Shown here: positions 1-9,635 of the stretch, piece after piece
How the letters are laid out: each line of letters begins with the position of its first letter
Position numbering within the stretch: the first letter of the stretch is position 1
Source: an uncultured archaeon
GTDB taxonomy: Archaea > Asgardarchaeota > Thorarchaeia > Thorarchaeales > Thorarchaeaceae
Direction of reading: 5' to 3'
Assembly: GCA_964458565.1 (NCBI GenBank)
Contig: CAYWJO010000024.1
Coordinates: forward strand, 1 to 50,014
DNA: 50,014 nucleotides
Notes under the pieces: model-generated
Database searches by the model: none
What the model saw: the letters and a program-made list of their open reading frames with translations, nothing else
What the model was told of the DNA's origin: nothing
Made by a program: the position numbers and the translations under genes

Positions 1-786
1 TGCATCATCACACATGTAACAATCAATAGGACCTCCAAAATATTTTCCAAAGAGTTTCTTGTACTCTTTCTCAACTTCATCATAGACTTTCAATGCATTC
101 AAGGTTCCCTCATGCATTCCATACCTGAACTCTTGGTAATATTCAGGGAACACAATATTTCCATGAGAGACCGGATTGTTAGGATCCATTACCCAATGGG
201 GTGGTTTGTAGGGAGGAAGGAATGTGTCAACCTCTTCAGGCTCCAAATAATCAAAGGTTGAGAGAGTATGACTCAACACAAATCCATCAGAGTTGACCAT
301 CACCGGCATCAGTACGCGTTCATCCTCAGCCAATTTGAAAGACTGAATAATTGTGTGATAGAGTTCATCAACACTTGAAGTGTAGAATTGGACCCAACCT
401 GTATCGCGTTTGCTCATACTATCATCGTGAGTTACATGGATATTCCAGCTTGGTGATACTGAACGGTTGATATTGTTGAGTACAATAGGTAGTCTTGCTG
501 CTGCTGCCCAATGCAAAGCCTCATCCATTAGAAGAAGTCCATTTGAAGATGTTGCGGTAAATGCGCGAGCACCTGTTGAACTTGCGCCTATGCAAGCAAA
601 CATCGCAGAGTGTTCTGACTCCACTCGAATGAATTGACCCTTGTAGACTCCTTCTTCATTGAGAAGAGCAATCTGCTCGGGAACAGTAGTAGCAGGTGTA
701 ATAGGATATGCTGCAACCACCTCAACACGAGAAGATACGACTGCTCGTGCTGAAGCGTAGTTCGCACTCATGAGTTCTGTCTTCAT
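1..786 (-). CDS. porA: 2-oxoacid:ferredoxin oxidoreductase alpha subunit (pyruvate/2-ketoisovalerate type), runs off the left edge
   Basis: Not in the ORF track. My minus-strand translation from ATG at 786 gives MKTELMSANYASARAVVSSRVEVVAAYPITPATTVPEQ...VESEHSAM...ATSSNGLLLM, which carries the typical YPITP and ESEH motifs. It overlaps the upstream delta subunit by ATGA and has an AAGGAGG SD. Substrate specificity (Por vs Vor) cannot be determined. Confidence 0.88.
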   Translation of the reverse strand, partial: MKTELMSANYASARAVVSSRVEVVAAYPITPATTVPEQIALLNEEGVYKGQFIRVESEHSAMFACIGASSTGARAFTATSSNGLLLMDEALHWAAAARLPIVLNNINRSVSPSWNIHVTHDDSMSKRDTGWVQFYTSSVDELYHTIIQSFKLAEDERVLMPVMVNSDGFVLSHTLSTFDYLEPEEVDTFLPPYKPPHWVMDPNNPVSHGNIVFPEYYQEFRYGMHEGTLNALKVYDEVEKEYKKLFGKYFGGPIDCYMCDDA

Positions 787-1109
787 TCCTCAGCCTCCTT
801 GCGACGCTCACTTGTTCGCATCATCTCGATGCATTTTGGTGGACATACCTGAGCACAGATTCCACAACCTTTGCAATAATCATAATCAATTCTTGGAAAT
901 CCTTCCTCATCGATTTCTATCGTAGCCTCAGGACAGTGTAACCAACATGTTCTGCACTTGTTACAATTTTCGTAGTCGATGACAGGATCGAAAGTACGCC
1001 AACTCCCAGTCTTACCTGTAGAACCAATCTGAGGACTAGAGTAGGATGTTTTTGGCATATCTTTTCTGCTTTTAGGCTCTGTGTCTATTTCGTTGACCAC
1101 AAGAAACAC
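783..1109 (-). CDS. porD: 2-oxoacid:ferredoxin oxidoreductase delta subunit (2x[4Fe-4S] ferredoxin-like)
   Basis: KTGSWRTFDP motif plus two CxxCxxCxxxCP clusters (CNKCRTCWLHCP, CKGCGICAQVCP); translationally coupled to the alpha subunit. The true start may lie a few codons downstream. Confidence 0.88.
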   Translation of the reverse strand: MFLVVNEIDTEPKSRKDMPKTSYSSPQIGSTGKTGSWRTFDPVIDYENCNKCRTCWLHCPEATIEIDEEGFPRIDYDYCKGCGICAQVCPPKCIEMMRTSERRKEAEE

Positions 1110-1240
1110 GTCCAGCGAGAATACTTACACAAACGACCCCTAAGCTCACGATATTAAGATTTGCCATTTGACAAACTTTTGCAAGTGAATGAATTCTTAA
1201 GTGATAGAAAATACAAATCTCGCAACCCTGGTGATGACTC

Positions 1241-2044
1241 GTGGAATTCAGAGTATGTCTAGTGCAAATGCCATGTATCGAGGGAGAGCGAGAGAGGAAC
1301 TACGAACGGGCGAGATTCTTAGTTGCGGACCTAGACAAATATGAAGGTCCACAATTCATTGTCCTGCCTGAACTCTTCGCAATAGGGTTCAGACATAGCG
1401 ATTATGAGAATAAAGAAGATGGTGTACCACCAGAGACCATCGACTTTCTGGAAGAACTCGCGAAGGAGAAGGAGTCCTATGTGGTCACAACTGATATAGA
1501 ACCACACAATGGGATGTACTATAACACACTCTTGATGGCCAGTCCAGATGAGAGAATCATTGGCGCATATAGGAAGATGCATCCATTTCAAGCAGAGAAG
1601 GATGTATTCAAAGGAGGAAAGAAGTTAGCTGTTTTCAATCTGAAAGACATTAGGGTAGGCGTACAAATCTGCTATGATTTAAGATTTCCAGAGGTCTCAC
1701 GCCAGTTGTCATCATATGGGGCTGAACTTATCATTATCCCTGCAGCATGGCCAGACCCCCGAGGGCATCATTGGGACACACTGCTTCAAGCCCGAGCTAT
1801 TGAGAACCAAGTATATGTTGCAGCATGCAACAGAGTTCTCATGGGATTTGATGGAAAGACATACTTCGGTCATAGCCAACTTGTTGATTCCTGGGGACTC
1901 AGATTGACTCGGATAAACTCAGAGGAACGAATCGTTGTAGAAAAAGGAGATACGGTCATGATGGATTCAATCAGAAAAGAGGTTACTTGTTGGGAAGACA
2001 GGTCGCAAGAAGGTTATGATCGTGTGACTATTTTTAATGAGTGA
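1241..2044 (+). CDS. carbon-nitrogen hydrolase (nitrilase/omega-amidase family)
   Basis: Catalytic triad motifs LPELF, YRKMH and ICYDLRFPE, plus ARAIENQ; GGTGA SD before the GTG start. Confidence 0.92.
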   Translation: MEFRVCLVQMPCIEGERERNYERARFLVADLDKYEGPQFIVLPELFAIGFRHSDYENKEDGVPPETIDFLEELAKEKESYVVTTDIEPHNGMYYNTLLMASPDERIIGAYRKMHPFQAEKDVFKGGKKLAVFNLKDIRVGVQICYDLRFPEVSRQLSSYGAELIIIPAAWPDPRGHHWDTLLQARAIENQVYVAACNRVLMGFDGKTYFGHSQLVDSWGLRLTRINSEERIVVEKGDTVMMDSIRKEVTCWEDRSQEGYDRVTIFNE

Positions 2045-2096
2045 ACACAACCATTAAGTGAGGTCATCATCAGCCAAGAGTAAGAAGTGATAGCAA

Positions 2097-2612
2097 ATGT
2101 CAGAAGACATGTCAGCACTAATGAAAGAACGAGTTCGAGATTGGTTTTCAAGAGAAGGGATCAAGGTAGAGAGTATCACCAATCCGAAGGCTGAATTTGT
2201 CTTCAAAGTCAAGTTTCAGAGGTTTTTCTTCACAGTTGTGAGACCAAATGATCAGCATTATGTTCAGATTGAGTCTCAAATTATCATCTCACCACAGCAT
2301 CTGCAAAGATTATCACAAGAGAAGATGCAGGAGTTTCAGATTCATGCGATGCAATTTGGATGGGGTCAGGATGTGAGTATGGGTTTCATAAGACCTCAAC
2401 CAGGAGCACCAGGTCCTCAACCCCCAGGTCCCGGATTCGTGGTATCCGACAGGATTTATGATGATAGTTACAGTGACGATACACTCTGGAGAACTATCAG
2501 AAAACTTCATTCAACTGTGGATATGGCAATCTCCATCCTCAATGAGATAACAGGAAATGGTGGGGGTAAAGTTGAACCTTCATCAGATGCAGGACCATCC
2601 TATTACACATGA
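2097..2612 (+). CDS. conserved archaeal protein, DUF2299/YbjN-like fold
   Basis: The N-terminal 'VRDWFSREG' and C-terminal 'DRIYDD' patterns resemble archaeal DUF2299 proteins; Pro/Gly-rich insertion. Confidence 0.55.
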   Translation: MSEDMSALMKERVRDWFSREGIKVESITNPKAEFVFKVKFQRFFFTVVRPNDQHYVQIESQIIISPQHLQRLSQEKMQEFQIHAMQFGWGQDVSMGFIRPQPGAPGPQPPGPGFVVSDRIYDDSYSDDTLWRTIRKLHSTVDMAISILNEITGNGGGKVEPSSDAGPSYYT

Positions 2613-2768
2613 GTCCGTCGATATTTCGAAAGACATTGGATGAAGATATCTATATATCACCACTAATTACAAAAATACACATACTAACATCATAGATTAG
2701 TCTATTTACAAACTCTACAAGAGTATCAATTGCCCCCCACAGAAGATTTGATAGATTGAGGTAAGCAG

Positions 2769-5700
2769 ATGAAGAGGCTGTCCTATATTGCCATTGTCAT
2801 CTTATTGGTGATAATGGTGTTACCAATCCAAACAACCGATAATCCTAGTTCATCCCGAGTGAGTAATGTCGCAGGTATAAGAAATCAGGGCGGATATCAG
2901 TTATCTTCAGCAGGAGGAGAAGGCAATACAGCGACTGCAACTGCTTATTTTAAACACAATGTAACAAACCAAGAAGCGGTTCTGTACAATACATATGGAG
3001 ATACTAGCACTCATCATTCCGAAATTAGCCTTGCGCCTTATCATATAACGGGCTGGACTTTATACCGTGTCGAGGTTAACATGAATGACATGATGGCAGT
3101 CCCTGAAAGAGCAGTCACTGCTACAGGATCAACATTAAACAGCTTCTTAATTGAAAAGTACCTAAGCTCTCCAGATTATTACTATGATATTCTTGCACAG
3201 GGTTTCTCCAGTCCCAATTTTGATGCTCAGCTCTTAAACTACACTGTATATTATTATACGGATACCGGTGGATGGGCGATGAGTGACTATGGAACTCTAA
3301 ATCTTGAAATTAGAGAAGATAATGAGAATGCGACAACAGCCATTACAACCCCAGTTAGTCTATCAGAAAAAGCATCTCGAACATGGGTAACTGTTGCAAC
3401 CTCAACAAATCTAACAGCTGCAACAGAATACTATGCAGTAATGGATGGTACTGGACTATCAGATTTCAGTGGTTCCTTTCCAAACATCTATTGGCAAGCC
3501 GAGGCAGGTGGAGGATCCTATAAATCGGCAAGGCATGACACATTTGATGATAGTTGGGCAACTCGCCCTTATGAAGCATATTTGAATTACACATATCTCC
3601 CATGGAATATGACCACTAACTCTGTACTGCATTTCAACACACCAGAACAAATAGGACTACAGGTCAACAGTACTGACCCAATTGGAGGGACGTGGGATGT
3701 TGAATCAGCAACTAACATACAAAGTATCACATTTGACTCAAGTCAATCCACACAGTTGGATTACAATCTGACGCTTTGGTTCAAGAAAACAGAAACCACA
3801 ACAAACAGCTGGAATATTGCTACATCTGGTGGCACAACTATATGGAATTCAACGACATCCATTTCATATCCAAAGGTTATCCATGCAACGTCAAAATATC
3901 TGAATCTTACAAAGATTTCAGATTGGGCTGTAACAGGTTTCTATAATGGTTCATCTTCAACAGATTATTCCGGAAATACTGTATCATATCCACTCTCTGT
4001 TGTTTGTAGTACCATGACAAACGGTACTTGGACTCTGCAATCTAGTGCAGACAATTATGTTGCCACTCTCACTACCTTAGATTCATCAGATTCATCTCTG
4101 TTGACCTCAAATGTCAGCATTAATACGGATGTAGATGTAATTTCATTAATTCGGGACACGCTAGGCAATAATGCGACAACGGGTACCACTAATCTGACAA
4201 TATGGGAGGGAGTAACTTTAACATGGGCAGATTCAATAAATCAAGCCGTATCTAATGGAGTAACTCAACATCTATGGGATGTGAGCACAGACACACCAGA
4301 TAATGTAAGATATAGACTAGAAATCTTTTGGACAAATGGTACAGAAGCAGGTTATCGAACAAAGGAAATGGTAGTCTGGTATCCCACCACTTTGACACCT
4401 CAACAGCCCATCATGTCAGACTTCACGAATGATAATTTCGAAATTCGGGTTGATTTCATTGAAACATTCTACTCCACTGGTTTAGACTTAGCAAATTCCA
4501 CTGTGAATTGTTCACTCTCAGGAGGTTACTCGTACGACTTCGACTTATTGATGGATGATGGTTATGGCAACGGAACTTGGACGAAAGCAATTTCCACAGC
4601 AGGGTGGGAACCGGGAACCTATGTAATCAATATCGATGCTCGAGGGTTTGCGTTGGAGAATATGTCAACAACAGTTACTGTTAGCTTGGTCCATGATACA
4701 GATCCGCTCACGATACAATGGACTGCTGGTACGAACATCTCTTACGTTGAATCAACGGTGTTAAAGGTGACATATGAGAATGCAACCGGTTCAATACCTG
4801 GAGCGACGGTAAATGTGACAATAGGAGCTACTCCGTATGTTCTAGCCTGGAATTTATCCACAGGAACCTATGATTATACATTCTATGGGAATAACCCCCA
4901 TGGATTTGATACTCACGCGCTCTTCATCTCTGCATGGAAACAAGGATATGAAATCCAAACCGACTCAACTGAATCGCTTACCATCCATTTAGATTCTCCT
5001 ACACTGACCCCTAATTGGTTCACTCAAACACTGAATTGGACTGAGCAAAGTGTACTCAGTATAGAATATAGAGACTCACTGGGTAGTCTAATATCTAATC
5101 CCGATCTAAAGAACGTGTCAATTGATGGAATTCACTATCCCCTGTCAGGAGTTGCTGGTATATATACCGTGATGATAAATAACACATGGGACTTAGGATA
5201 CCATAATGTGAATGTCTTTTTCTCAAAATTTGGTTATGTTGACAGATCCATCCTCACAATTAATTTCACAATCATAAAATCAAATACTACTTTAGAGTTA
5301 ATATGGACTTCAACTGAGATTGATTATCTCGGTCAAATTGATTTAACTGCAAATTATTACGAAATCGGGAGTGGTACTGCAGTTCCGATTACTATTCCTA
5401 TGTACGCAAATATAACCATAGACGGGCTTACTACACTGCCATTGAATATATCAGGGTCGCAATGGACTGCTAACTTTACAGGAATATATCTTGATTTAGG
5501 ACCTCACAACGTTGAGATAAGTTTCTGGGAGTATGGGTACGTTTCCAGATATGAATTAAGGATTTTGACAATCACAGAAGCAAACACTACATTAGCGATA
5601 ATTTGGAGCGAATCACCAATCGATTATTTGGGTCAATTTGATTTGACGGCTAATTACAGCTATGATGGAGATGGACATCCTGTTGCGGCTAGCACTGCAG

Positions 5701-8700
5701 AACTTGTTATCGATGGAGGCAGTCCAATTTCATTAACACCTTCCGGTAACCTATGGATTGCAAACCTTTCTGGTTTGTTTCTAGACTTAGGACCCCACAA
5801 TGTTCTGGTGAGGTTTTCGGAATATGGTCATGAGTATCAAGAAAATACAACGATTTTGATGGTAAATAATGTCACCACCTTTCTAAGCGTGGTTTGGACG
5901 CCAGCTAATCTGACAATTGACTACACCGGATCATTTGATGTTGTTGTTGAATATACTTTCTGGGGAGGAGATGTGCCCTTTGCGAGTACAAATGTAAATG
6001 TGACTATTAACGGACTTCTAACTGAGCTGGCATACATTACAGGAGCTTGGAGAGGGACGATAACAGGGGATGATATAGGAGTAGGATTTCACACTGCAGT
6101 TATTGATGCTTGGTCCTATGGTTATCAATGGAACACAACAATAGTTCCAAATGTCAACGTCACACTTGCAGCGAATTCATTCCTGGTTGGTTGGAATGGA
6201 GGTGGAGTTTGGAACAACCGCAACATCACGTATATTGAGATGCTCTACATCAATGTGACATATACACATGATTATACTCCAGTACTCGGAGCGACTGTAA
6301 ATATCACATTCAACGGGATTGATTATTATGATTTAACATACAATGTAGTCTCTACATATTATGAAATATCAATTCCTGGATATGTAATTGATGTTGGTGT
6401 ATGGAATGCCACCATTACTGCATGGAGTCCAGGTTTCGATAAAGGGGCAGGCTGGGAGTGGGTCAGCGTCGAGAATGATGACCCAATTATAACGCCATCG
6501 TGGACAACGAATTCAACCGACTATGTCACGTCAAAGACCATTACTATTATGGTGACTGCATCGAATTTCTCACTCCTTACGGATTGTGATATTTCATATG
6601 ATGTATCAGGCCAGAATGGTAATGGCTCCGCTATCAGCGATGGAATTTATGAGATGACATTAGGACCTTTGTCAAATCTTGGGAACCAAACTGTTACTAT
6701 CACAATGAGTAAGCACGGATACAGCACGACAATTCACTTAGTGTACATTAATGTCATTGAAACAGAGTCGCAGCTAGTAGGTACACCACCAGATAGTACC
6801 AGATACTACGACCAGAATTTAGCAGTAGACATCTACTATGAGATGTGGAACAGTACAGTCATTGATGGAGCGTCAGCGTCCTTATGGATCAATGCAATTC
6901 CACGGTCAATCACATGGGCTAGTGACCATTGGCATGCAATCATCCAAAGCTCTGACTTCGGAGTTGGCATCCAAACGTGCTATATTGATATTTTCGCATA
7001 TGGATTTGAGAGCCAGAATTACACGTTTACACTAACTGTATTAGCCATTCCAGTCGACATCGTTTTTCCAGCAGGGAACCAAGTTTATGTTAACGATTCA
7101 CTCCAGATTATCTTCAGTTACCTTGATACGCGTACATCTGGAGGAATCATTGGTGATTCGCTAAACATTTCTTGGGAAAGCAATAACTACGACTTGGTAA
7201 TGATCTCACCAGGACAATATAATCTAACTATCTACACAGAGGCAGTTCATGTAGGAACGTACAATCTCGAGGCTTTTGTAACAACGATTGGTCATCTAGA
7301 TATAACAGAGAATATGAGTATAGTTGTCAATCCGATACTAACCGAACTAATCTTCATCCCACAACAGGTTGAGCAATATGAGAATGAGAGTGTACGATTC
7401 ACAGTCCAGCTCAACGATACAATTCACAATCTATTCATAGGGAATTCTAATGTAACATTGATGTTTGAAGGAACCTACTACAATATGACCTACCTTCCCG
7501 GATCAATGACATATGTAATAGATATCAGACTCGATAATATAATTCCGGGGTCCTATCAAGTCCAGGTCATAGCAAACACAACAGACGCCACAGATGCTGA
7601 TGGTATCATAGAACTAGGTGTACTTGCGAAGCTAGACTACAGTTTAACACTCACTCTGAGTGAACAAGTAACTGCTGGTGGAGACCTGGTTGCAACAGTT
7701 GAGGTTAAGCGCGGTGATGATCTGGTTGTAGGAAAACAGATATCATTTCAGGCTACTTTCATTATCCGCGAGAGTGCTAGAGAGAACTCAACAGAAGTAA
7801 GGACTCTCTCTGCGTTTTCCAATACAGAAGGTATCGCAGTAGTCAATTTTGAAGTCCCAGTAGAAGCTATTGAGGTTGCAGTCTGGGCGGAATTCACTGG
7901 GTCAGTATCAGAATGGGCTAGAGTAACGGGTCAGGTCGTAAGAGAAATCAATCCGCCTGCAGACCTACTAAGTTTGATTCTGCAAATCTTCATGAGAAGT
8001 GATATCCAAGTACTCATTGTAGTTATCGTGATGTTAGGTATTGTGGGTGCAGCGTATTCCAAACGGGTTAGGCCCAAGAAGCGAGAACGACTTGATGAAT
8101 TAAACAGTCAGTTGAAGGAGTTTGAGAGCCTCAATGCTGTTAAACATTTTATGGCAGTATATCTTGAACAAGGTACATGTGTGTTCTATCATCCGTTTGC
8201 TGAGGGTAGAATTGAACCAGACCTGATTTCAGGATTCATTGCAGCAATCACAAGTGTATACGGTGAAATCAAGGGAGACGGCGTAAAGGGAACTCTGGAA
8301 GAGATTCATTACCAAGGATTACGATTGAATAGTTATAGCGGAAATTACATTGTTGGCATTCTGATTCTTGAGGGCGACATAACCAAACTCCTTAGAGAAA
8401 GACTACAGGTCTTTGTTGAGCTATTTGAAAGTCAATACGCAGATGATTTAGAAGGCTGGGTAGGTCACTATGGATGCTTTGAACCGCAATGGGTAGTATC
8501 CCATCTGAATGATACCATTCATTATTCGTGGCATCTTCCACATAGTGTCAGCACTAAGAAGAGCCTTAGTAAATCAGAGGAGAGGTTGGTAGAGATTATC
8601 AGTCGTAATTTCGATGAAAATAAGGAATTCCGAATTAGGGATGCCATTGACCCAATTTCAGAGGAGTTAGGTATACCCAGGGCTGCTTCACTTCATTACC

Positions 8701-9140
8701 TCTTGAGATTACGAAGGGATGGGTTAATCAATCCCATTAGTACACAGGAAGTACTAGCAAGACAGGGATTCGGCTTAGCAGGCGATAAACGTGATATTGG
8801 CTCAATAATGGAGAGAATTCCGCCTGCAAAGGTGAAAGAAGAGGTTGATGACGAGGAATCAGACGCAGATACTGATGAGGAAATCGAATGGGAATCACCT
8901 CAAGAGGCTGAAGAAGGAATTGATGCAGAGGTACAAGTAACTGAAGAACCAGAACCAGTTGAGGAGGAACCTGAAGCTTTAGCACCGGAAGAGGATACAA
9001 CAACAGTGGAATCGGAAGAAGTCATTGCTGAAGAAAAAGAGCCTGAAGAACCTAAGGACGAGTTAGAGGACTTTGTGAAAGATGTAGAAGCACTTCTCAC
9101 GAAGGAAGAAAAGGAAAAAAGCAAGGACAAATCGGATTGA
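2769..9140 (+). CDS. giant single-pass surface glycoprotein: signal peptide, Ig-like repeats, TM helix, cytoplasmic longin-like and winged-helix domains, acidic tail
   Basis: 2123-aa ORF with an N-terminal signal peptide, dense N-x-S/T sequons and ~100-aa beta-rich repeats. TM segment VLIVVIVMLGIVGAAY is followed by KRVRPKKR, then a GTCVFYHPF...PDLISGFIAAI...EIHYQG longin-like region. Confidence 0.85.
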   Translation: MKRLSYIAIVILLVIMVLPIQTTDNPSSSRVSNVAGIRNQGGYQLSSAGGEGNTATATAYFKHNVTNQEAVLYNTYGDTSTHHSEISLAPYHITGWTLYRVEVNMNDMMAVPERAVTATGSTLNSFLIEKYLSSPDYYYDILAQGFSSPNFDAQLLNYTVYYYTDTGGWAMSDYGTLNLEIREDNENATTAITTPVSLSEKASRTWVTVATSTNLTAATEYYAVMDGTGLSDFSGSFPNIYWQAEAGGGSYKSARHDTFDDSWATRPYEAYLNYTYLPWNMTTNSVLHFNTPEQIGLQVNSTDPIGGTWDVESATNIQSITFDSSQSTQLDYNLTLWFKKTETTTNSWNIATSGGTTIWNSTTSISYPKVIHATSKYLNLTKISDWAVTGFYNGSSSTDYSGNTVSYPLSVVCSTMTNGTWTLQSSADNYVATLTTLDSSDSSLLTSNVSINTDVDVISLIRDTLGNNATTGTTNLTIWEGVTLTWADSINQAVSNGVTQHLWDVSTDTPDNVRYRLEIFWTNGTEAGYRTKEMVVWYPTTLTPQQPIMSDFTNDNFEIRVDFIETFYSTGLDLANSTVNCSLSGGYSYDFDLLMDDGYGNGTWTKAISTAGWEPGTYVINIDARGFALENMSTTVTVSLVHDTDPLTIQWTAGTNISYVESTVLKVTYENATGSIPGATVNVTIGATPYVLAWNLSTGTYDYTFYGNNPHGFDTHALFISAWKQGYEIQTDSTESLTIHLDSPTLTPNWFTQTLNWTEQSVLSIEYRDSLGSLISNPDLKNVSIDGIHYPLSGVAGIYTVMINNTWDLGYHNVNVFFSKFGYVDRSILTINFTIIKSNTTLELIWTSTEIDYLGQIDLTANYYEIGSGTAVPITIPMYANITIDGLTTLPLNISGSQWTANFTGIYLDLGPHNVEISFWEYGYVSRYELRILTITEANTTLAIIWSESPIDYLGQFDLTANYSYDGDGHPVAASTAELVIDGGSPISLTPSGNLWIANLSGLFLDLGPHNVLVRFSEYGHEYQENTTILMVNNVTTFLSVVWTPANLTIDYTGSFDVVVEYTFWGGDVPFASTNVNVTINGLLTELAYITGAWRGTITGDDIGVGFHTAVIDAWSYGYQWNTTIVPNVNVTLAANSFLVGWNGGGVWNNRNITYIEMLYINVTYTHDYTPVLGATVNITFNGIDYYDLTYNVVSTYYEISIPGYVIDVGVWNATITAWSPGFDKGAGWEWVSVENDDPIITPSWTTNSTDYVTSKTITIMVTASNFSLLTDCDISYDVSGQNGNGSAISDGIYEMTLGPLSNLGNQTVTITMSKHGYSTTIHLVYINVIETESQLVGTPPDSTRYYDQNLAVDIYYEMWNSTVIDGASASLWINAIPRSITWASDHWHAIIQSSDFGVGIQTCYIDIFAYGFESQNYTFTLTVLAIPVDIVFPAGNQVYVNDSLQIIFSYLDTRTSGGIIGDSLNISWESNNYDLVMISPGQYNLTIYTEAVHVGTYNLEAFVTTIGHLDITENMSIVVNPILTELIFIPQQVEQYENESVRFTVQLNDTIHNLFIGNSNVTLMFEGTYYNMTYLPGSMTYVIDIRLDNIIPGSYQVQVIANTTDATDADGIIELGVLAKLDYSLTLTLSEQVTAGGDLVATVEVKRGDDLVVGKQISFQATFIIRESARENSTEVRTLSAFSNTEGIAVVNFEVPVEAIEVAVWAEFTGSVSEWARVTGQVVREINPPADLLSLILQIFMRSDIQVLIVVIVMLGIVGAAYSKRVRPKKRERLDELNSQLKEFESLNAVKHFMAVYLEQGTCVFYHPFAEGRIEPDLISGFIAAITSVYGEIKGDGVKGTLEEIHYQGLRLNSYSGNYIVGILILEGDITKLLRERLQVFVELFESQYADDLEGWVGHYGCFEPQWVVSHLNDTIHYSWHLPHSVSTKKSLSKSEERLVEIISRNFDENKEFRIRDAIDPISEELGIPRAASLHYLLRLRRDGLINPISTQEVLARQGFGLAGDKRDIGSIMERIPPAKVKEEVDDEESDADTDEEIEWESPQEAEEGIDAEVQVTEEPEPVEEEPEALAPEEDTTTVESEEVIAEEKEPEEPKDELEDFVKDVEALLTKEEKEKSKDKSD
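5280..5870 (+). repeat. internal tandem duplication of an ~100-aa Ig-like module within the giant surface protein
   Basis: NTTLELIWTSTEIDYLGQIDLTANY...LDLGPHNVEISFWEYGY versus NTTLAIIWSESPIDYLGQFDLTANY...LDLGPHNVLVRFSEYGH; similarity is also visible at the DNA level. Confidence 0.85.
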
Positions 9141-9247
9141 TATTCAATGGGTCAAAAGACTCAGAGCAAATAACACTTATCAATTGGCTCTCAAGGATTT
9201 AATTCAATTGCATTGGTGAAAATGGAAATTATTCTGAGGTTGAATAA

Positions 9248-9625
9248 ATGGTTACATGGGACATCGAGAACTATTACATAGCTGGTGGGCGCGTCCTGAC
9301 CGTTGAGTTCAAGACGCCTCTCATTTCCTTTCTTATGGTTGAGATTGATGATGTCAAAGAGGCATGGACGGACATGCTAGGTGAGTTGGTCGATGAACAG
9401 CCAGGGTATGAGATGTCCTGGGAAATGCTTCCAAAAAGTGATGATGCAATCGTAATTGTTAGGATTGCGAAAAAAGGGGAGCTAGAAGAGTTCACTTCAG
9501 AAGAAGCAGCTGCAGCACTCGAGGCAGTGGATGCTCTCTTTGAAGAGGAAGAGAAGAAAAAAGCCGCAAAGAAAACAAAAGGTTCTGCCTCAAGTAAGAA
9601 GAAGGCACCGCCAAAAAAGAAATAG
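9248..9625 (+). CDS. hypothetical protein with Lys-rich C-terminal tail
   Basis: 125-aa ORF with GAGGT SD; acidic body followed by a KKKAAKKTK...KKKAPPKKK tail. Confidence 0.7.
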   Translation: MVTWDIENYYIAGGRVLTVEFKTPLISFLMVEIDDVKEAWTDMLGELVDEQPGYEMSWEMLPKSDDAIVIVRIAKKGELEEFTSEEAAAALEAVDALFEEEEKKKAAKKTKGSASSKKKAPPKKK

Positions 9626-9635
9626 AATGTAAACC

